Assembly: GCA_965200315.1 (NCBI GenBank)
Contig: OZ241362.1
Coordinates: 5,184,001-5,248,000, forward strand
Direction of reading: 5' to 3'
DNA length: 64,000 nucleotides
Source: Candidatus Latescibacterota bacterium
GTDB taxonomy: Bacteria; Latescibacterota; UBA2968; UBA8231
In this document: in pieces, positions 36,108 to 46,327 of the stretch
How positions within the stretch are numbered: position 1 is the first letter of the stretch
Layout: each line of letters starts with the position of its first letter
Program-made: the position numbers and the translations under genes
Notes under the pieces: generated by a model
Databases searched by the model: none
What the model was told of the DNA's origin: nothing
The model's input: the letters and a program-made list of their open reading frames with translations, nothing else

Positions 36108-37037
36108 TTATGTAATATCGCGCTCTTTTATCCATTGTTTGATGCAGTCGGCCGTCTCGTCGGGGTATTCGAGGTGGGGCGCGTGTCCGCAATTGGGGAA
36201 GATGTGCAGGTCGGCGCAGGGCAGGTCAGCAGCAAAGCGCTGGGCCGAGTACACGGGTAAGACGCGGTCTTGTTGCCCCCACAAAATTAAGGTTGGGCAG
36301 GTGATGTCGCAAAAGCGCTGGTGGAACGTTGCTACGTCGGGTGGTAAGAGGTTCCGTGCTGAGTAGTGGTAGGCGTACGCGGCGTTGGGTGTTTCGAGCG
36401 CGGAGCGGGCGACTGTTGAGAGTTCGGGGGGGATTTTGCTGCGGTCGTGGAAGCAGCGCCGGAAGGTGCGCCAAACAGCCAAGCGCAACAGACCGAAGGC
36501 TCTCGCTAGGGTGTGGATTGGGGCACGGGCCAGCAGCTTGCTTGGATGACTGCCGAGGGTGCGCACGTGTACGGGAAGTTTGTGGGGATAGCCGGCTGCG
36601 TCGATGAGTACCAGTCCGCGCACCTTAGCTGCGAGTGCGGGAAAGTCGAGGTACAAGCGCAGGGCCAAGCCTCCGCCGAGCGAGTTGCCCAAGAGAATCA
36701 CCTCGTCCAAGTCCAGCGCCGCGATAAAGGCCACAAGGTAGCTAACCTGCATATCCGGCGAGTAGCGCTCGTGCGCCGGGCGGGCAGCAAAGGTCGGCTT
36801 GCTGCTATACCCGTGGCCGATCAAGTCGGGGGCGATAATGCGGTGGCCGGGCAGGCGGGCGATCAAGCGGAAAAAGGTGGCCTTGTTGTCAAAGATACCG
36901 TGCAAGAGTACTAAAGGGGGACGGTCTCCGCTGCCGCCATTGTCGATATAGGCCATTTCGACTTGGTCGGCGAGGGCGATGCGATACTCGGCGAACTTGG
37001 GGAAGAGGGGCGAGGATGAAGAAGAAATAGGCGACAT
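36108..37037 (-). CDS. Alpha/beta hydrolase
   Basis: LHG, PDLIGHG, GNSLGG, WGQQD, GHAPHLE. Confidence 0.88.
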   Translation of the reverse strand: MSPISSSSSPLFPKFAEYRIALADQVEMAYIDNGGSGDRPPLVLLHGIFDNKATFFRLIARLPGHRIIAPDLIGHGYSSKPTFAARPAHERYSPDMQVSYLVAFIAALDLDEVILLGNSLGGGLALRLYLDFPALAAKVRGLVLIDAAGYPHKLPVHVRTLGSHPSKLLARAPIHTLARAFGLLRLAVWRTFRRCFHDRSKIPPELSTVARSALETPNAAYAYHYSARNLLPPDVATFHQRFCDITCPTLILWGQQDRVLPVYSAQRFAADLPCADLHIFPNCGHAPHLEYPDETADCIKQWIKERDIT

Positions 37038-37111
37038 AGTGTATGTAAAAAAGCATATTTGCCTAGTGAATTTCAACTCGAAGCAACCCTAGTCTATGGT
37101 CAGATTTGGGG

Positions 37112-37225
37112 CGTCGTTGGAATAGCCGCGACGAAGCAGGCCGGGATGTGGCCGCCGGCGTGTATCTCTATCGGGTCGAGGTGGATGGGCGCGTGGAAAC
37201 CAAGAAGATGACGAAGCTGCCGTAA
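37112..37225 (+). pseudogene. Orphan C-terminal FlgD/T9SS-like tail fragment
   Basis: RRWNSRDEAGRDVAAGVYLYRVEVDGRVETKKMTKLP* resembles the tails of the 11386 and 57858 proteins. No start codon or gene body. Confidence 0.65.
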
Positions 37226-37267
37226 GGGAAGAAACCTCGGGTCGCATTTGACTGCGGGCAGAAGATC

Positions 37268-37304
37268 AACCGCCGCTAACGCCATAAGTTAGCGGCGGTT
37301 TTTT
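37268..37304 (+). terminator. Rho-independent terminator
   Basis: AACCGCCGCTAAC-7nt-GTTAGCGGCGGTT perfect 13-bp stem followed by a T run. Confidence 0.8.
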
Positions 37305-37308
37305 ATAC

Positions 37309-38292
37309 TCAGCGTGCTTCTCGTTCCACCAGTGCGCTGATGGCTTCGAGGTCGAGGTCGCTGCTGTCTTGGGGGTAGGTGTAGGGGAGGAGCCACCAGT
37401 CCTCGGTGAAGGATGCCTCGCCGCCGGGCGGTATATCCTCGCGCGGGCCGATCGGCTCCAACTCGCACATCAGATCCTCATAATACCATATCGAGATGGT
37501 CAGTCCGGCCAATTCTCCATAGGGGCGGTCGGGGTACACAGGATAGCGCTTGACCCACAGTAGGTCGTTGCGGTCGAGATAGGCAAACCATCCGGCTTGC
37601 GAGTCCATGCCGAGCTTAGGTCTGAGCGGCGTCGAGAGGACTTCGAGGAAATTGTCGCGGATGCGGATATTGGGGTCTTCGGGGCGGTAGTTGATGACCG
37701 GGCCGGGGCCGTACATGACATAGGAAGCCGGGAACCGGCTCCCTCGCGTCAGGGGGATGAGTACGATGCCGCCGCCCGTGCCAAAGGTGCGGCTCCAGTG
37801 GCCCCAGTGTTTTTCGCTGTCAGAGACGTTTTTGATGGTCTGGGTGACGCTCAAGTGAGTGGAGGCCTCGGCGAGCTGGAAGTCGCGGATGAGCTGGACG
37901 CCGGTCGGCTCGTCTTTTTTGCTAATCAGGCGAGCCGAGCGCGGGCCGGTGATTTGGCTTTCCCACTGCCCGAGCCAGAGGTCGGGATGGGCGGGGATGA
38001 CCATTTCCGGGCCGATGTCGAGGCGGCCGCCGGTGGGGCCGAAGCGAGGATCGCCGTCCTCAAAGGTCGCGCCTTCTTGGGCCGGGTCGAGGTAGATGGC
38101 GTTGGGGCCTTTGCGCGAGTATTCGAGGACGCGGCCGGCCGATGAAGTGAGGACGACGCGGGTGTGGGCGTTTTCGAGGCGGATGCAGTCTTCGTAGCCA
38201 AAGTACGCGATGCGGTCGGTCCCGGGCATGTTGGAATCGGCTCCAGCTAAGGTGGCGGCGAGGGTGAGGAGTAGAAGCGTTAGTCGGCGCAT
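37309..38292 (-). CDS. Secreted hypothetical protein (DUF4380/galactose-mutarotase-like)
   Basis: Signal peptide, GRVLEY, GGR, HWSRT, ELE..GP pattern. Confidence 0.6.
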   Translation of the reverse strand: MRRLTLLLLTLAATLAGADSNMPGTDRIAYFGYEDCIRLENAHTRVVLTSSAGRVLEYSRKGPNAIYLDPAQEGATFEDGDPRFGPTGGRLDIGPEMVIPAHPDLWLGQWESQITGPRSARLISKKDEPTGVQLIRDFQLAEASTHLSVTQTIKNVSDSEKHWGHWSRTFGTGGGIVLIPLTRGSRFPASYVMYGPGPVINYRPEDPNIRIRDNFLEVLSTPLRPKLGMDSQAGWFAYLDRNDLLWVKRYPVYPDRPYGELAGLTISIWYYEDLMCELEPIGPREDIPPGGEASFTEDWWLLPYTYPQDSSDLDLEAISALVEREAR

Positions 38293-38303
38293 AGCGTGTT
38301 TTC

Positions 38304-39275
38304 CTAGTTGGGGTTGACGATGACGCGGCCCTGCACTTTGCCCGCTAAGATGTCCTTGCCGAGGCGGGGGACGTCGGCTAAACCGACCTCAGTACAGATG
38401 CGATCTAGTTTTTCCAAGGGCAGTTGGGTGGCTAGGCGTACCCAAGCAGCCGTGCGGTGCTCGGCTGAGTAGAACACGGAGTCGATGCCGAGGATGTTGA
38501 CGCCACGCAGCAAGAAGGGAATGACGGTGGTTGCAAATTGGGCACCGCCGGCTAAGCCGACTGCGGCGATGGAAGCCCCATAGTTCATCTGGGCCAAGAC
38601 GCGGGCCAAGGTGGTGCCGCCGACCGAGTCGATGCAGGCGGCCCAGCGTGCACTTTCTAGGGGTTTGTTGGATGGCTCGGTGAGGTCTTGGCGCGGGATG
38701 ATGGTTTGGGCACCCAGGTCTTTTAGATAGGGTTCGAGTTCGGGGCGGCCGGTGGATGCGGCGACTTGGTAGCCCAGCGAGGCGAGCAGTAAAACGGAGA
38801 GGGAGCCGACGCCGCCGGCTGCGCCGGTGACAAGAACCTCGCCTTTGTCAGGCGTAAGGCCGTGGGCTTCGAGTGCTTCTAAGGAGATGGCTGCGGTCAG
38901 GCCCGCAGCACCCAAGCCCATGGCGGTGCGCAGCGTGAGGCCGGCGGGTAGGGGCACGAGCCAGTCGGATTTGAGGCGCGCCTTTTGCGCGTACCCTCCC
39001 CAGTGGATTTCGCCGACGCGCCAGCCTGTACATATAACTTGGTCGCCGGGTTGGAACTGGCCGTTCTGGCTGTGGGTGACCGTGCCAGCGAGGTCAAGGC
39101 CGGGGACGTGGGGGTAGGTTTTGACCAAACCGCCTAGGCCGTTGAGGATCAGCCCGTCTTTGTAGTTGAGCGAGGAATACGCAACGGCGATTTCTACGTC
39201 TCCGGCGGGCAGGCGGCTTTCGTCGAGTTCTTCGATGAGAGCAGAGTGCTCATGTAAGATGAGTGCTTTGAACAT
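38304..39275 (-). CDS. acuI: YhdH/AcuI family acryloyl-CoA reductase (MDR quinone oxidoreductase)
   Basis: YSSLNYKD, TGAAGGVG, PFLLRGVNILGIDS. Confidence 0.85.
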   Translation of the reverse strand: MFKALILHEHSALIEELDESRLPAGDVEIAVAYSSLNYKDGLILNGLGGLVKTYPHVPGLDLAGTVTHSQNGQFQPGDQVICTGWRVGEIHWGGYAQKARLKSDWLVPLPAGLTLRTAMGLGAAGLTAAISLEALEAHGLTPDKGEVLVTGAAGGVGSLSVLLLASLGYQVAASTGRPELEPYLKDLGAQTIIPRQDLTEPSNKPLESARWAACIDSVGGTTLARVLAQMNYGASIAAVGLAGGAQFATTVIPFLLRGVNILGIDSVFYSAEHRTAAWVRLATQLPLEKLDRICTEVGLADVPRLGKDILAGKVQGRVIVNPN

Positions 39276-39445
39276 GGTCTTTATAGGATCGAAAGAGGAA
39301 ACTGAAGCAAGCCAACAGCCCGCCGACAGACGATCTGCCGAGGGATTATGGTATTGTCTCCGTTTGAAATTCGCAAACCGACATCGTCTTGCTGGAGGGC
39401 GAAGCGGGTTAAGTCGTGGGGGGTTGCCTAACGTCAGTTATTCAT

Positions 39446-40255
39446 TCACTCCACCGGTATTTCGTCGTTGAAAACCTGAGTGCGTTTCATCAGGCGGCGC
39501 TGGTGGGAGGGAAAGGCGAGGCGGCGGTGCATGGTGGGGCGGTTGTCAAAGAGGACGAGGTCGCCGACTTGCCACTCGTGAGTCCAGACGAAGCGCGGCT
39601 GTTCGAGATGGGCGTACAGTTGGCCGAGCAGGGCGTCGCTGTCACGGTGGCTAAGGCCGACCACGTATTGGGTCAGGTGCGGCCCTACGTAGAGCGAGCG
39701 GCCCCCCGTTTCCGGGTGGGTGCGGACGATGGGGTGGGCGACGTGCTCGGGTGGGTTTTGCGCTTCGACGTAGTGGCGATGCACGGCGCGCATTCCCTTG
39801 AGGCGGATTTTCCAAGCGTCGTCGAGCGCTTCGTAGGCGGCCGTGCAATTGCACCACTCGGTCTGGCCGCCCTGCGCGGGGATCTCCACCGCGTAGAGCA
39901 CCGACAGGGTGCCGGGGCGCGGCAGGTAGGAAAGATCCGAATGAAAGGGAATCAGCTCGTCGCCTAGTTCGCCGATTGGCTCGCCGTTTTCTTTGACATT
40001 GGAGATGAGGAAAATCTCCTTGACCCGCCGTGGGCGCTGTTGGCGTACGTGCGGTACGGGTTGGCCAAAGTACGCGGTGAAGCGCACTTGGTCCTCGTCG
40101 CTGAGCTGCTGCTGGCGAAAGAAGACCACGCCGTGGTCGAGCAGTGCTTGGCGCACCTGCGCGACTTGGGTGGGCCTAAGCGGTGCGGACAGGTTACAAC
40201 CTTTGATCTCAGCACCGAGCGCGCCGCCGGTGGGCGCGACTGTTATCTCAGACAT
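39446..40255 (-). CDS. TauD/TfdA family dioxygenase
   Basis: HSD, HPIVRTHPETG, FDNRPTMHR. Confidence 0.9.
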   Translation of the reverse strand: MSEITVAPTGGALGAEIKGCNLSAPLRPTQVAQVRQALLDHGVVFFRQQQLSDEDQVRFTAYFGQPVPHVRQQRPRRVKEIFLISNVKENGEPIGELGDELIPFHSDLSYLPRPGTLSVLYAVEIPAQGGQTEWCNCTAAYEALDDAWKIRLKGMRAVHRHYVEAQNPPEHVAHPIVRTHPETGGRSLYVGPHLTQYVVGLSHRDSDALLGQLYAHLEQPRFVWTHEWQVGDLVLFDNRPTMHRRLAFPSHQRRLMKRTQVFNDEIPVE

Positions 40256-41009
40256 TGCAGACTTTGAAAGCGTGGGCTAGCGAATTGAGGGGATCGCCCT
40301 TGGGCCGGTACTCGTGGCCAACAAAGCCATCGTAGGAAGTGGCGGCGATGGCTTGCATGATCGGCGGGTAGTAAATCTCTTGCTGGTCGTCGAGGTCGCG
40401 GCGACCGGGGTTGCCGGCCGTGTGGAAGTGGCCGATGCAGTCGATGTGGTCGGTGATGTTGCGGATGAGATCGCCTTCCATGATCTGCATGTGGTAGATG
40501 TCGTAGAGCAGCTTGAAGCAGGGCGAGCCGACGGCCCGGCACAGGGCCACGCCCCAAGCGGTGCGGTCGCACTGGTAGTCGGGGTGGTTGACCCGCGAGT
40601 TGAGCAATTCCATGCAGAGCGCAATGCCCTTTTCCTCGGCGGCATCAGTGACGCGGCGCAGACCGGCGACGCAGTTGGCGAGACCCTCTTCTGAAGACCG
40701 GCCCTCGCTGTTGCCGGAGAAGCAAATCAGCGAGGGAATGCCACATTCAACGGCGAGGTCGATATTGGCGAGGAGCTCGTCTTCGATGCGGTCGTGATTC
40801 TCGGGCTTGTTGAGGCCGTCGGGCAGGGAAGCGTGGCCGGAGACGATGGCGATGGCGAGGCCGTGGTCTTGGATCAGCGGCCAGTGTTCCCGCGCAGCCA
40901 TCTCTACGGATTGGTAGCCAATGCGGGCGGCGGCCGCGACCAATTCTTGCGGACTGAGGCCGCAGGAGGTGAAGGGATTGAAGCAGACAGATTGTTTGAT
41001 GGCAGGCAT
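40248..41009 (-). CDS. Hydroxypyruvate isomerase-family TIM barrel protein
   Basis: ELLNS, LYDIYHMQIMEG, HTAGNPGR, GHEY. Confidence 0.85.
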   Translation of the reverse strand: MPAIKQSVCFNPFTSCGLSPQELVAAAARIGYQSVEMAAREHWPLIQDHGLAIAIVSGHASLPDGLNKPENHDRIEDELLANIDLAVECGIPSLICFSGNSEGRSSEEGLANCVAGLRRVTDAAEEKGIALCMELLNSRVNHPDYQCDRTAWGVALCRAVGSPCFKLLYDIYHMQIMEGDLIRNITDHIDCIGHFHTAGNPGRRDLDDQQEIYYPPIMQAIAATSYDGFVGHEYRPKGDPLNSLAHAFKVCNV

Positions 41010-41013
41010 AAAG

Positions 41014-42501
41014 CTAGGCTCCTGTGCCGAACATTTCGGCGACCGGGGTAAAAGGGGCATCGAGTTCGAGGGGATACATGGGGCGCTGACAGACGCGGTG
41101 CCCGAGGGTGGGCAAGTTCGCGCTGGTCGAACCAAGGGCATCGATGTTGAAGTTTATCTCGGCCCATTCGTCGAAAAAGTGCCACTGGCAGTGCGGTGAC
41201 TTGATGACGATGAGATCGTAATTCTTGGGGTTGATGTCGTGGGCGATAAAGACCGAGCGGTCGATAAAGGGCACCGAGCGGCTGACGCAGACGATGGTGA
41301 GGTTGTCGCTTTCCAGCACGGCTGTAGGCCCGGCGTACTGGGGCGTGTTCCAAGATTCGCAGAGATATTCGCCATCGCCGAGTTGGGCCACTTTGACCTC
41401 TAAGTCGAGCGGGGCAAAACGCGAGTCGAGCGAGCCGCCCAAGACCACGTGGATGTGCGCCCCTAGCCCGGCGTCGTGGGCCATGTACGCGGCGGGTGCA
41501 TCCACTAGCGGCGCGAGCACTTGGCCGGAGTAGCCGCTGGTGTGCAGGGCTTGGAGCAGCACGTTGCTGTCGCCGGTCGCGCCCGAGGAGGGGGCATCGG
41601 CCGCGTCGGTGAAGAGCACTGGACCTCTGTATTGGGCGGCTTGGGCGACGGCGTCTTCGACCGACACGAAATCGGGCTGCATGAGTGCGCGGCGTTCCCA
41701 GAAGTCAGCGGCGAGGTGTAGGGCCTCGCCGCGGGCGAGATCGGAGTCGGCATCGGCCACGACGATGGCTTGGGAGCACAGCTCGGGCACATCGGTGAAC
41801 GGATTGCCGATCATCATGCCGGCGGCGAGAATGTCGGGCTGCTCCTCTAGGGATTGGCAGTAGCGGATGGTCTCACCGTACACGCCCGAGGCGGTAATGA
41901 GTTCGTTGCCGCGCACGAGCGCGGGGACCCGCACGCGGGCCACTACGGGCTGAGCGCCAGCGAGAACTTGCAGGAGCAAGTACGCGGCGCGGCGGCCGGT
42001 GTCGGCCAGATCGACGTGCGGGTAGGTGTGATAAATGGCGAGGCCGTTTGAGTGCTCCAGCATGCGATGGGTGAGGATGCCGTGCAGGTCTTGCGAGATC
42101 ACGATGGGGAAGTCTGGGCTAGCGCGGCGGCGAATCTCTTGGAGCAGGTAGCCCTCTGGGTCCAGCTCTTGGGTGCAGCCCATCGCGCCGTGCAGACAGA
42201 AGTACATGCCGTCGGCGTCGGCTAGGCGCGGTATGACCGCGTCGAGCAGCTCGGCGGCAAGGCGCTCAAAGTCCCGTTGGTCTAAAGGCCCGGCCGAGGG
42301 GGCGACGGCCCCATAGGTGGGGATGACCTCGACGTGGCTATCGGCGAAGACCTGCAAGGCACCGCACAGTTCGGTCTCGCGGCCTTGGTGATAGGTGAGC
42401 AACTCGGGGCCGCGGCGGACGGAGAAATTGTCGTACGTGCCAATGACCGGGTTGAAGGAGGAGATTTCTTGCTTGCACTCGGCGACGAGGATGCGGGACA
42501 T
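41014..42501 (-). CDS. MlrC / M81 family metallopeptidase
   Basis: QEISSFNP, LHGAM, DLH, YPHVD, DAPSSG, KS. Confidence 0.85.
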   Translation of the reverse strand: MSRILVAECKQEISSFNPVIGTYDNFSVRRGPELLTYHQGRETELCGALQVFADSHVEVIPTYGAVAPSAGPLDQRDFERLAAELLDAVIPRLADADGMYFCLHGAMGCTQELDPEGYLLQEIRRRASPDFPIVISQDLHGILTHRMLEHSNGLAIYHTYPHVDLADTGRRAAYLLLQVLAGAQPVVARVRVPALVRGNELITASGVYGETIRYCQSLEEQPDILAAGMMIGNPFTDVPELCSQAIVVADADSDLARGEALHLAADFWERRALMQPDFVSVEDAVAQAAQYRGPVLFTDAADAPSSGATGDSNVLLQALHTSGYSGQVLAPLVDAPAAYMAHDAGLGAHIHVVLGGSLDSRFAPLDLEVKVAQLGDGEYLCESWNTPQYAGPTAVLESDNLTIVCVSRSVPFIDRSVFIAHDINPKNYDLIVIKSPHCQWHFFDEWAEINFNIDALGSTSANLPTLGHRVCQRPMYPLELDAPFTPVAEMFGTGA

Positions 42502-42533
42502 GAGGGGCCGTTCGGTTAGGCTTCGACCTGAGC

Positions 42534-43919
42534 TCAGCCGAAGGTTTTGAGCGGGCGAATGTTGGGGCCTTGGGGGGTGTCTTCGATTTCGTAGCCGGCC
42601 GCAGCGATTTCGTCGCGCAGGGCGTCGGCTGTGGCCCAGTCTTTGGCATCGCGGGCCTGTTGCCGCTGGGCGGCGAGTTCGCGAATCGCGTCGGGTACGT
42701 TCTCCTCACGCGGCGTCCAATCGGCCAGCCCCAAGCCCATGACTTGGTCGAAGTGCAAAAGCGTGGCCTTCTTGGCGGCGTCGGGGAGATCGTCGGCTAC
42801 GAGTTCCCAGCACAAGGCGAGGACACGCGGCATGTTGAGGTCGTCTTCGATGCGCTCTTTGAACGCGGCCACGTAGCGAGCATCAGGTTCAGACGGCGCA
42901 CCCCAAGCGTGGACGACTGTGCGCAGCCGGTTGAGGGCCGTGCCCGCGCCGGCGAGGCTTTCCCAGCTAAAGGAGAGCTTGGCCCGGTAGCGCGCCCCGA
43001 GGCAGAAAAAGCGGTAGGCGAGGGGGTCGTACCCTTCTTCGACGAGGGATTCGAGGCGCAGGAAGTCGCCGCTCGACTTGGACATCTTTTCGCCGTCGAG
43101 CTGCAAAAACGCGCCGTGGAGCCAAAACTCGGCCAGCCGCGTGTCGTAGCAGGCTTGGGCTTGGGCGATCTCGTTGGTGTGGTGGACTGGGATGTGATCC
43201 TCGCCGCCGCAGTGGATATCGAAGTACGATCCCAAGTACTTGGCGGCCATGGCCGTGCATTCGATGTGCCAGCCGGGAAAGCCGCGCCCCCACGGGCTGT
43301 CCCATTCCATCTGCCGCTGCGTCTGTGCCGGGCTGAACTTCCACAGCGCGAAGTCCGTGACGCGGCGCTTCTGCCCGAGATCGACTCGCTGGCCACCTTG
43401 CAGGCCCGCGATGTCGAGGCGAGCGAGATGGCCGTAGTCGTTCAAGCGCGAAGTGTCGAAGTACAGGCCATCGCTCGTGCGGTACGCGTAGCCTTTTTCT
43501 TCGATGGCGGCGATGGCCGCGATCTGCTCGCGGATGTGGTCGGTGGCGCGACACCAGATGTGGGGCTCGAGGATATTGAGCCAGTCGAGCTTTTCTCGGA
43601 AATCCGCAGTGTAACGCTCGGCGATTTCCCAAGACGTCAGGCCGGTGCGCCGCGCGCCGGCCTCCATCTTGTCCTCGCCGGTGTCCGCGTCGGAGGTCAG
43701 ATGCCCCACGTCGGTGATGTTGACGACATGGTGGACTTCATAGCCGCTGTATTCGAGGGTGCGCCGCAGGATGTCTTCAAAGATATAGGTGCGCAAGTTG
43801 CCGATGTGCTGGTAGTTGTACACAGTCGGACCGCAGGCGTACAGGCGAACTTGGGGCGGCGCGAGCGGCGTAAAGGGGCGCTCTTGGCGGGCATAGGTTT
43901 CAAAAAGATGCAGGGTCAT
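42534..43919 (-). CDS. cysS: Cysteinyl-tRNA synthetase
   Basis: CGPTVY, HIGN, PGWHIEC, KMSKS. Confidence 0.97.
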   Translation of the reverse strand: MTLHLFETYARQERPFTPLAPPQVRLYACGPTVYNYQHIGNLRTYIFEDILRRTLEYSGYEVHHVVNITDVGHLTSDADTGEDKMEAGARRTGLTSWEIAERYTADFREKLDWLNILEPHIWCRATDHIREQIAAIAAIEEKGYAYRTSDGLYFDTSRLNDYGHLARLDIAGLQGGQRVDLGQKRRVTDFALWKFSPAQTQRQMEWDSPWGRGFPGWHIECTAMAAKYLGSYFDIHCGGEDHIPVHHTNEIAQAQACYDTRLAEFWLHGAFLQLDGEKMSKSSGDFLRLESLVEEGYDPLAYRFFCLGARYRAKLSFSWESLAGAGTALNRLRTVVHAWGAPSEPDARYVAAFKERIEDDLNMPRVLALCWELVADDLPDAAKKATLLHFDQVMGLGLADWTPREENVPDAIRELAAQRQQARDAKDWATADALRDEIAAAGYEIEDTPQGPNIRPLKTFG

Positions 43920-43974
43920 AAGTCTATTAAAGAGAGGTTAGTGGCAAGCTGTGGCAATAAAAAAAGAACCAAAT

Positions 43975-44982
43975 CTATAACTCGGCGATGGATACTTCGC
44001 GGCCCTCCATCGCGCTTTTGACGGCCGCGAAAACCATGGCCATGGACTTGAGGTTGTCGGCCGCGTTGCACTCGGGAGGGCGGCCCTCCTCGATAGCGGC
44101 GACGAATTCCCTCAGCACGGGGTTCTGGTCTTGGCTACCATCGTCGTCGAGCGGAAGCTGCCGCCTGATTTTGGGATCGGCGCGATGCGAGTGGGTGTGG
44201 TACAAGTCAAAGCCCTCCCACGTCAGGGTGCCGCGCGGCCCCTCGTAGCGCCACTCGCCGTTGTGCCCGGCGGGCACGGAGCCGACCGTGCAGCCAATGC
44301 CGCGATGGGTGGCGACTGTGCCGTTGGCAAAGCGGAAGAGGATCATCTGGGCGGCGTCGCCTTGGTGCCAGCCCCAAGGGAGGTTCCAGGTGAGAGCGTG
44401 TGCGCTCACAGGGTCTTGGCCGAGGGTGTAGCGCATCATGTCGAAGTGGTGAATGCCCATGTCGGTGAGGAACATATACGGCTCGGTGACGTAGTGCGAG
44501 CCGGGCGAATCAGCCCAGTTGACGTAGAGTGAGACATCGAGCTGGCCGACCGGGCCGATGAGGTCTTCGGCGAGCAGGCGGCGGGTCGTGCGCGGCAGGC
44601 CGTTGAAGCGGTAGTTCTGGGTAATCATGTGGGCGACGCCGGCTTGAGTGCCCGCCTCCACCACGCGCCGGGCCGCTTGGTAATCGTCGCTGAGCGGCTT
44701 TTCTCCAAGCAGGTGCAGGCCGGCGGTAAAGGTCTGCACGGCGATTTCTTCGTGGATAGCTGGCGGGGTTACGTCGAGCACGAAGTCGGCCTGCACGGCG
44801 TCGAGAGCTTGGCCGAGGTCGCCGTATATCCGATCGGCGGCAAAACCGTGGTCGGCTGTCGCGCGCTGGTGGTTGGGCGCGGAAGGCTCGACGCAAGCTA
44901 CTACCTCGACGCCCGACTGCTGTTGGCACTGACCGAGCCAATAGCGTCCCCTACCGCCCAACCCTACGAGTATGGCTTTCAT
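43975..44982 (-). CDS. Gfo/Idh/MocA family oxidoreductase
   Basis: GLGGRG, EKPL, QNYRF, DMGIHHFD. Confidence 0.88.
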   Translation of the reverse strand: MKAILVGLGGRGRYWLGQCQQQSGVEVVACVEPSAPNHQRATADHGFAADRIYGDLGQALDAVQADFVLDVTPPAIHEEIAVQTFTAGLHLLGEKPLSDDYQAARRVVEAGTQAGVAHMITQNYRFNGLPRTTRRLLAEDLIGPVGQLDVSLYVNWADSPGSHYVTEPYMFLTDMGIHHFDMMRYTLGQDPVSAHALTWNLPWGWHQGDAAQMILFRFANGTVATHRGIGCTVGSVPAGHNGEWRYEGPRGTLTWEGFDLYHTHSHRADPKIRRQLPLDDDGSQDQNPVLREFVAAIEEGRPPECNAADNLKSMAMVFAAVKSAMEGREVSIAEL

Positions 44983-45154
44983 TGGTGTCCTTTCTTTCTC
45001 TTTATTCCTCCAAATAAAGGGCTTGGCCTGCGGCCGGGCCAGTCGCCGGAAAAAATTGACACGGTTGGAGCATAGAACTACCTTTGGACGCTTTTAACGA
45101 GAGGTGCCATAGATAGCCCCCCTTTCGTCCCCTTGTCGCTGAGGTACACTGCTT

Positions 45155-46327
45155 TTGGCTACATCGCATAGGGTTTCTACTCGTCTTTTCCTCGCGCTTC
45201 TCGCGTGGTCTTTGAGTTGGAGTTGCGCCCAAGAAAACACCGAAGACGAGGAAATAGCCCCCGGGGTGGTATACCACAAAATTCACGTGCCCGAAGGGCC
45301 GTGGCGGATCTATGTGGTGGAGGTGGATCTGCCGCGCTCTTGGGCGGCGGGCATTCGCATACGCACAGCCAAGCAGAAAGAGACGCAAAAGACCAGTAGT
45401 TTGGCCGCCGGTGCCTTAGCGGCCATAAACGGGGATTTTTTGTTCCCCGGCGAACCCGGCCGGCCGGCCGGATTATACATTGAATCCGGTAATCTCGTCC
45501 ACCTCCCACAGCGGCGCTCGGCCTTTGCCATTACCGAGACGGGTCAGCCTTTGATCGCAGTGTACAAGATGGAATTGGGCCTGTTGACGGCCGGGGGCGA
45601 GCACCTGCACATCGCGGGCTTCAATCGCGAGTCGGCGCTCGGGGAGCTATCCGTGTTCAACGATCGCGCACAAATGCAGGGGGATTCGCTGCAAGCAGCC
45701 ACGGGCTTCCTATTGCAAGGATTGGACACATCCTCCATCGCCAACGACACGATCTCTGTTTGGGTCCAACAAATCCGGCGGCAGGCTTGGCCGCTCTCCC
45801 TCCAGCCCAACCAGTGGCTGTTGGCCGCTGGTGCTGAATACGAGGCGACAGAGCAGATCGCCTTGGGCGACACAGTGCAACTGTATTGTCGGCTGTTGCC
45901 AGCCCGCGCCACGCTGATGGAGGCCATCAGTGGTGGGCCGCGCATCCTGCGCGATGGCGAAGTCTCCATTGAAGTAGAAGAGGAGCGGCTTAGCCGCAGC
46001 TTTGCCGACAAGCGGCATCCGCGCACGGCCATTGGATATTCTCAAGACGAGCAGGTCCTCTTTCTGATTGCGGTCGATGGTCGGCAACCAGGGTACAGCG
46101 TTGGCATGAGTTTGCAAGAGCTAGCTGAATTTATGCGCACGCGCTTGGCCGAATTTTCCCGCGCCAAGGTCAATGCCTATCAAGGGCTAAACCTCGATGG
46201 CGGTGGCTCGACGACGATGGTCATAAGTGAGCAGGTGGTCAACAGGCCCTCTGATCCTACGGGCGAACGGCCGGTGGTCAATGCTCTGTTGGTCGTGCCG
46301 GATGTCTGGGACGAGGAGCGGCCCTAG
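45155..46327 (+). CDS. Phosphodiester glycosidase (NAGPA) family exported protein
   Basis: Signal/lipoprotein-like start, AINGDF, HPRTAIG, VDGR, NLDGGGS. Confidence 0.85.
   Translation: MATSHRVSTRLFLALLAWSLSWSCAQENTEDEEIAPGVVYHKIHVPEGPWRIYVVEVDLPRSWAAGIRIRTAKQKETQKTSSLAAGALAAINGDFLFPGEPGRPAGLYIESGNLVHLPQRRSAFAITETGQPLIAVYKMELGLLTAGGEHLHIAGFNRESALGELSVFNDRAQMQGDSLQAATGFLLQGLDTSSIANDTISVWVQQIRRQAWPLSLQPNQWLLAAGAEYEATEQIALGDTVQLYCRLLPARATLMEAISGGPRILRDGEVSIEVEEERLSRSFADKRHPRTAIGYSQDEQVLFLIAVDGRQPGYSVGMSLQELAEFMRTRLAEFSRAKVNAYQGLNLDGGGSTTMVISEQVVNRPSDPTGERPVVNALLVVPDVWDEERP

Noticed and set aside
42570-44021. 483-aa plus-strand ORF
   Set aside because: It lies antisense to cysS over almost its whole length and has no motifs. 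Typical GC-rich shadow ORF.
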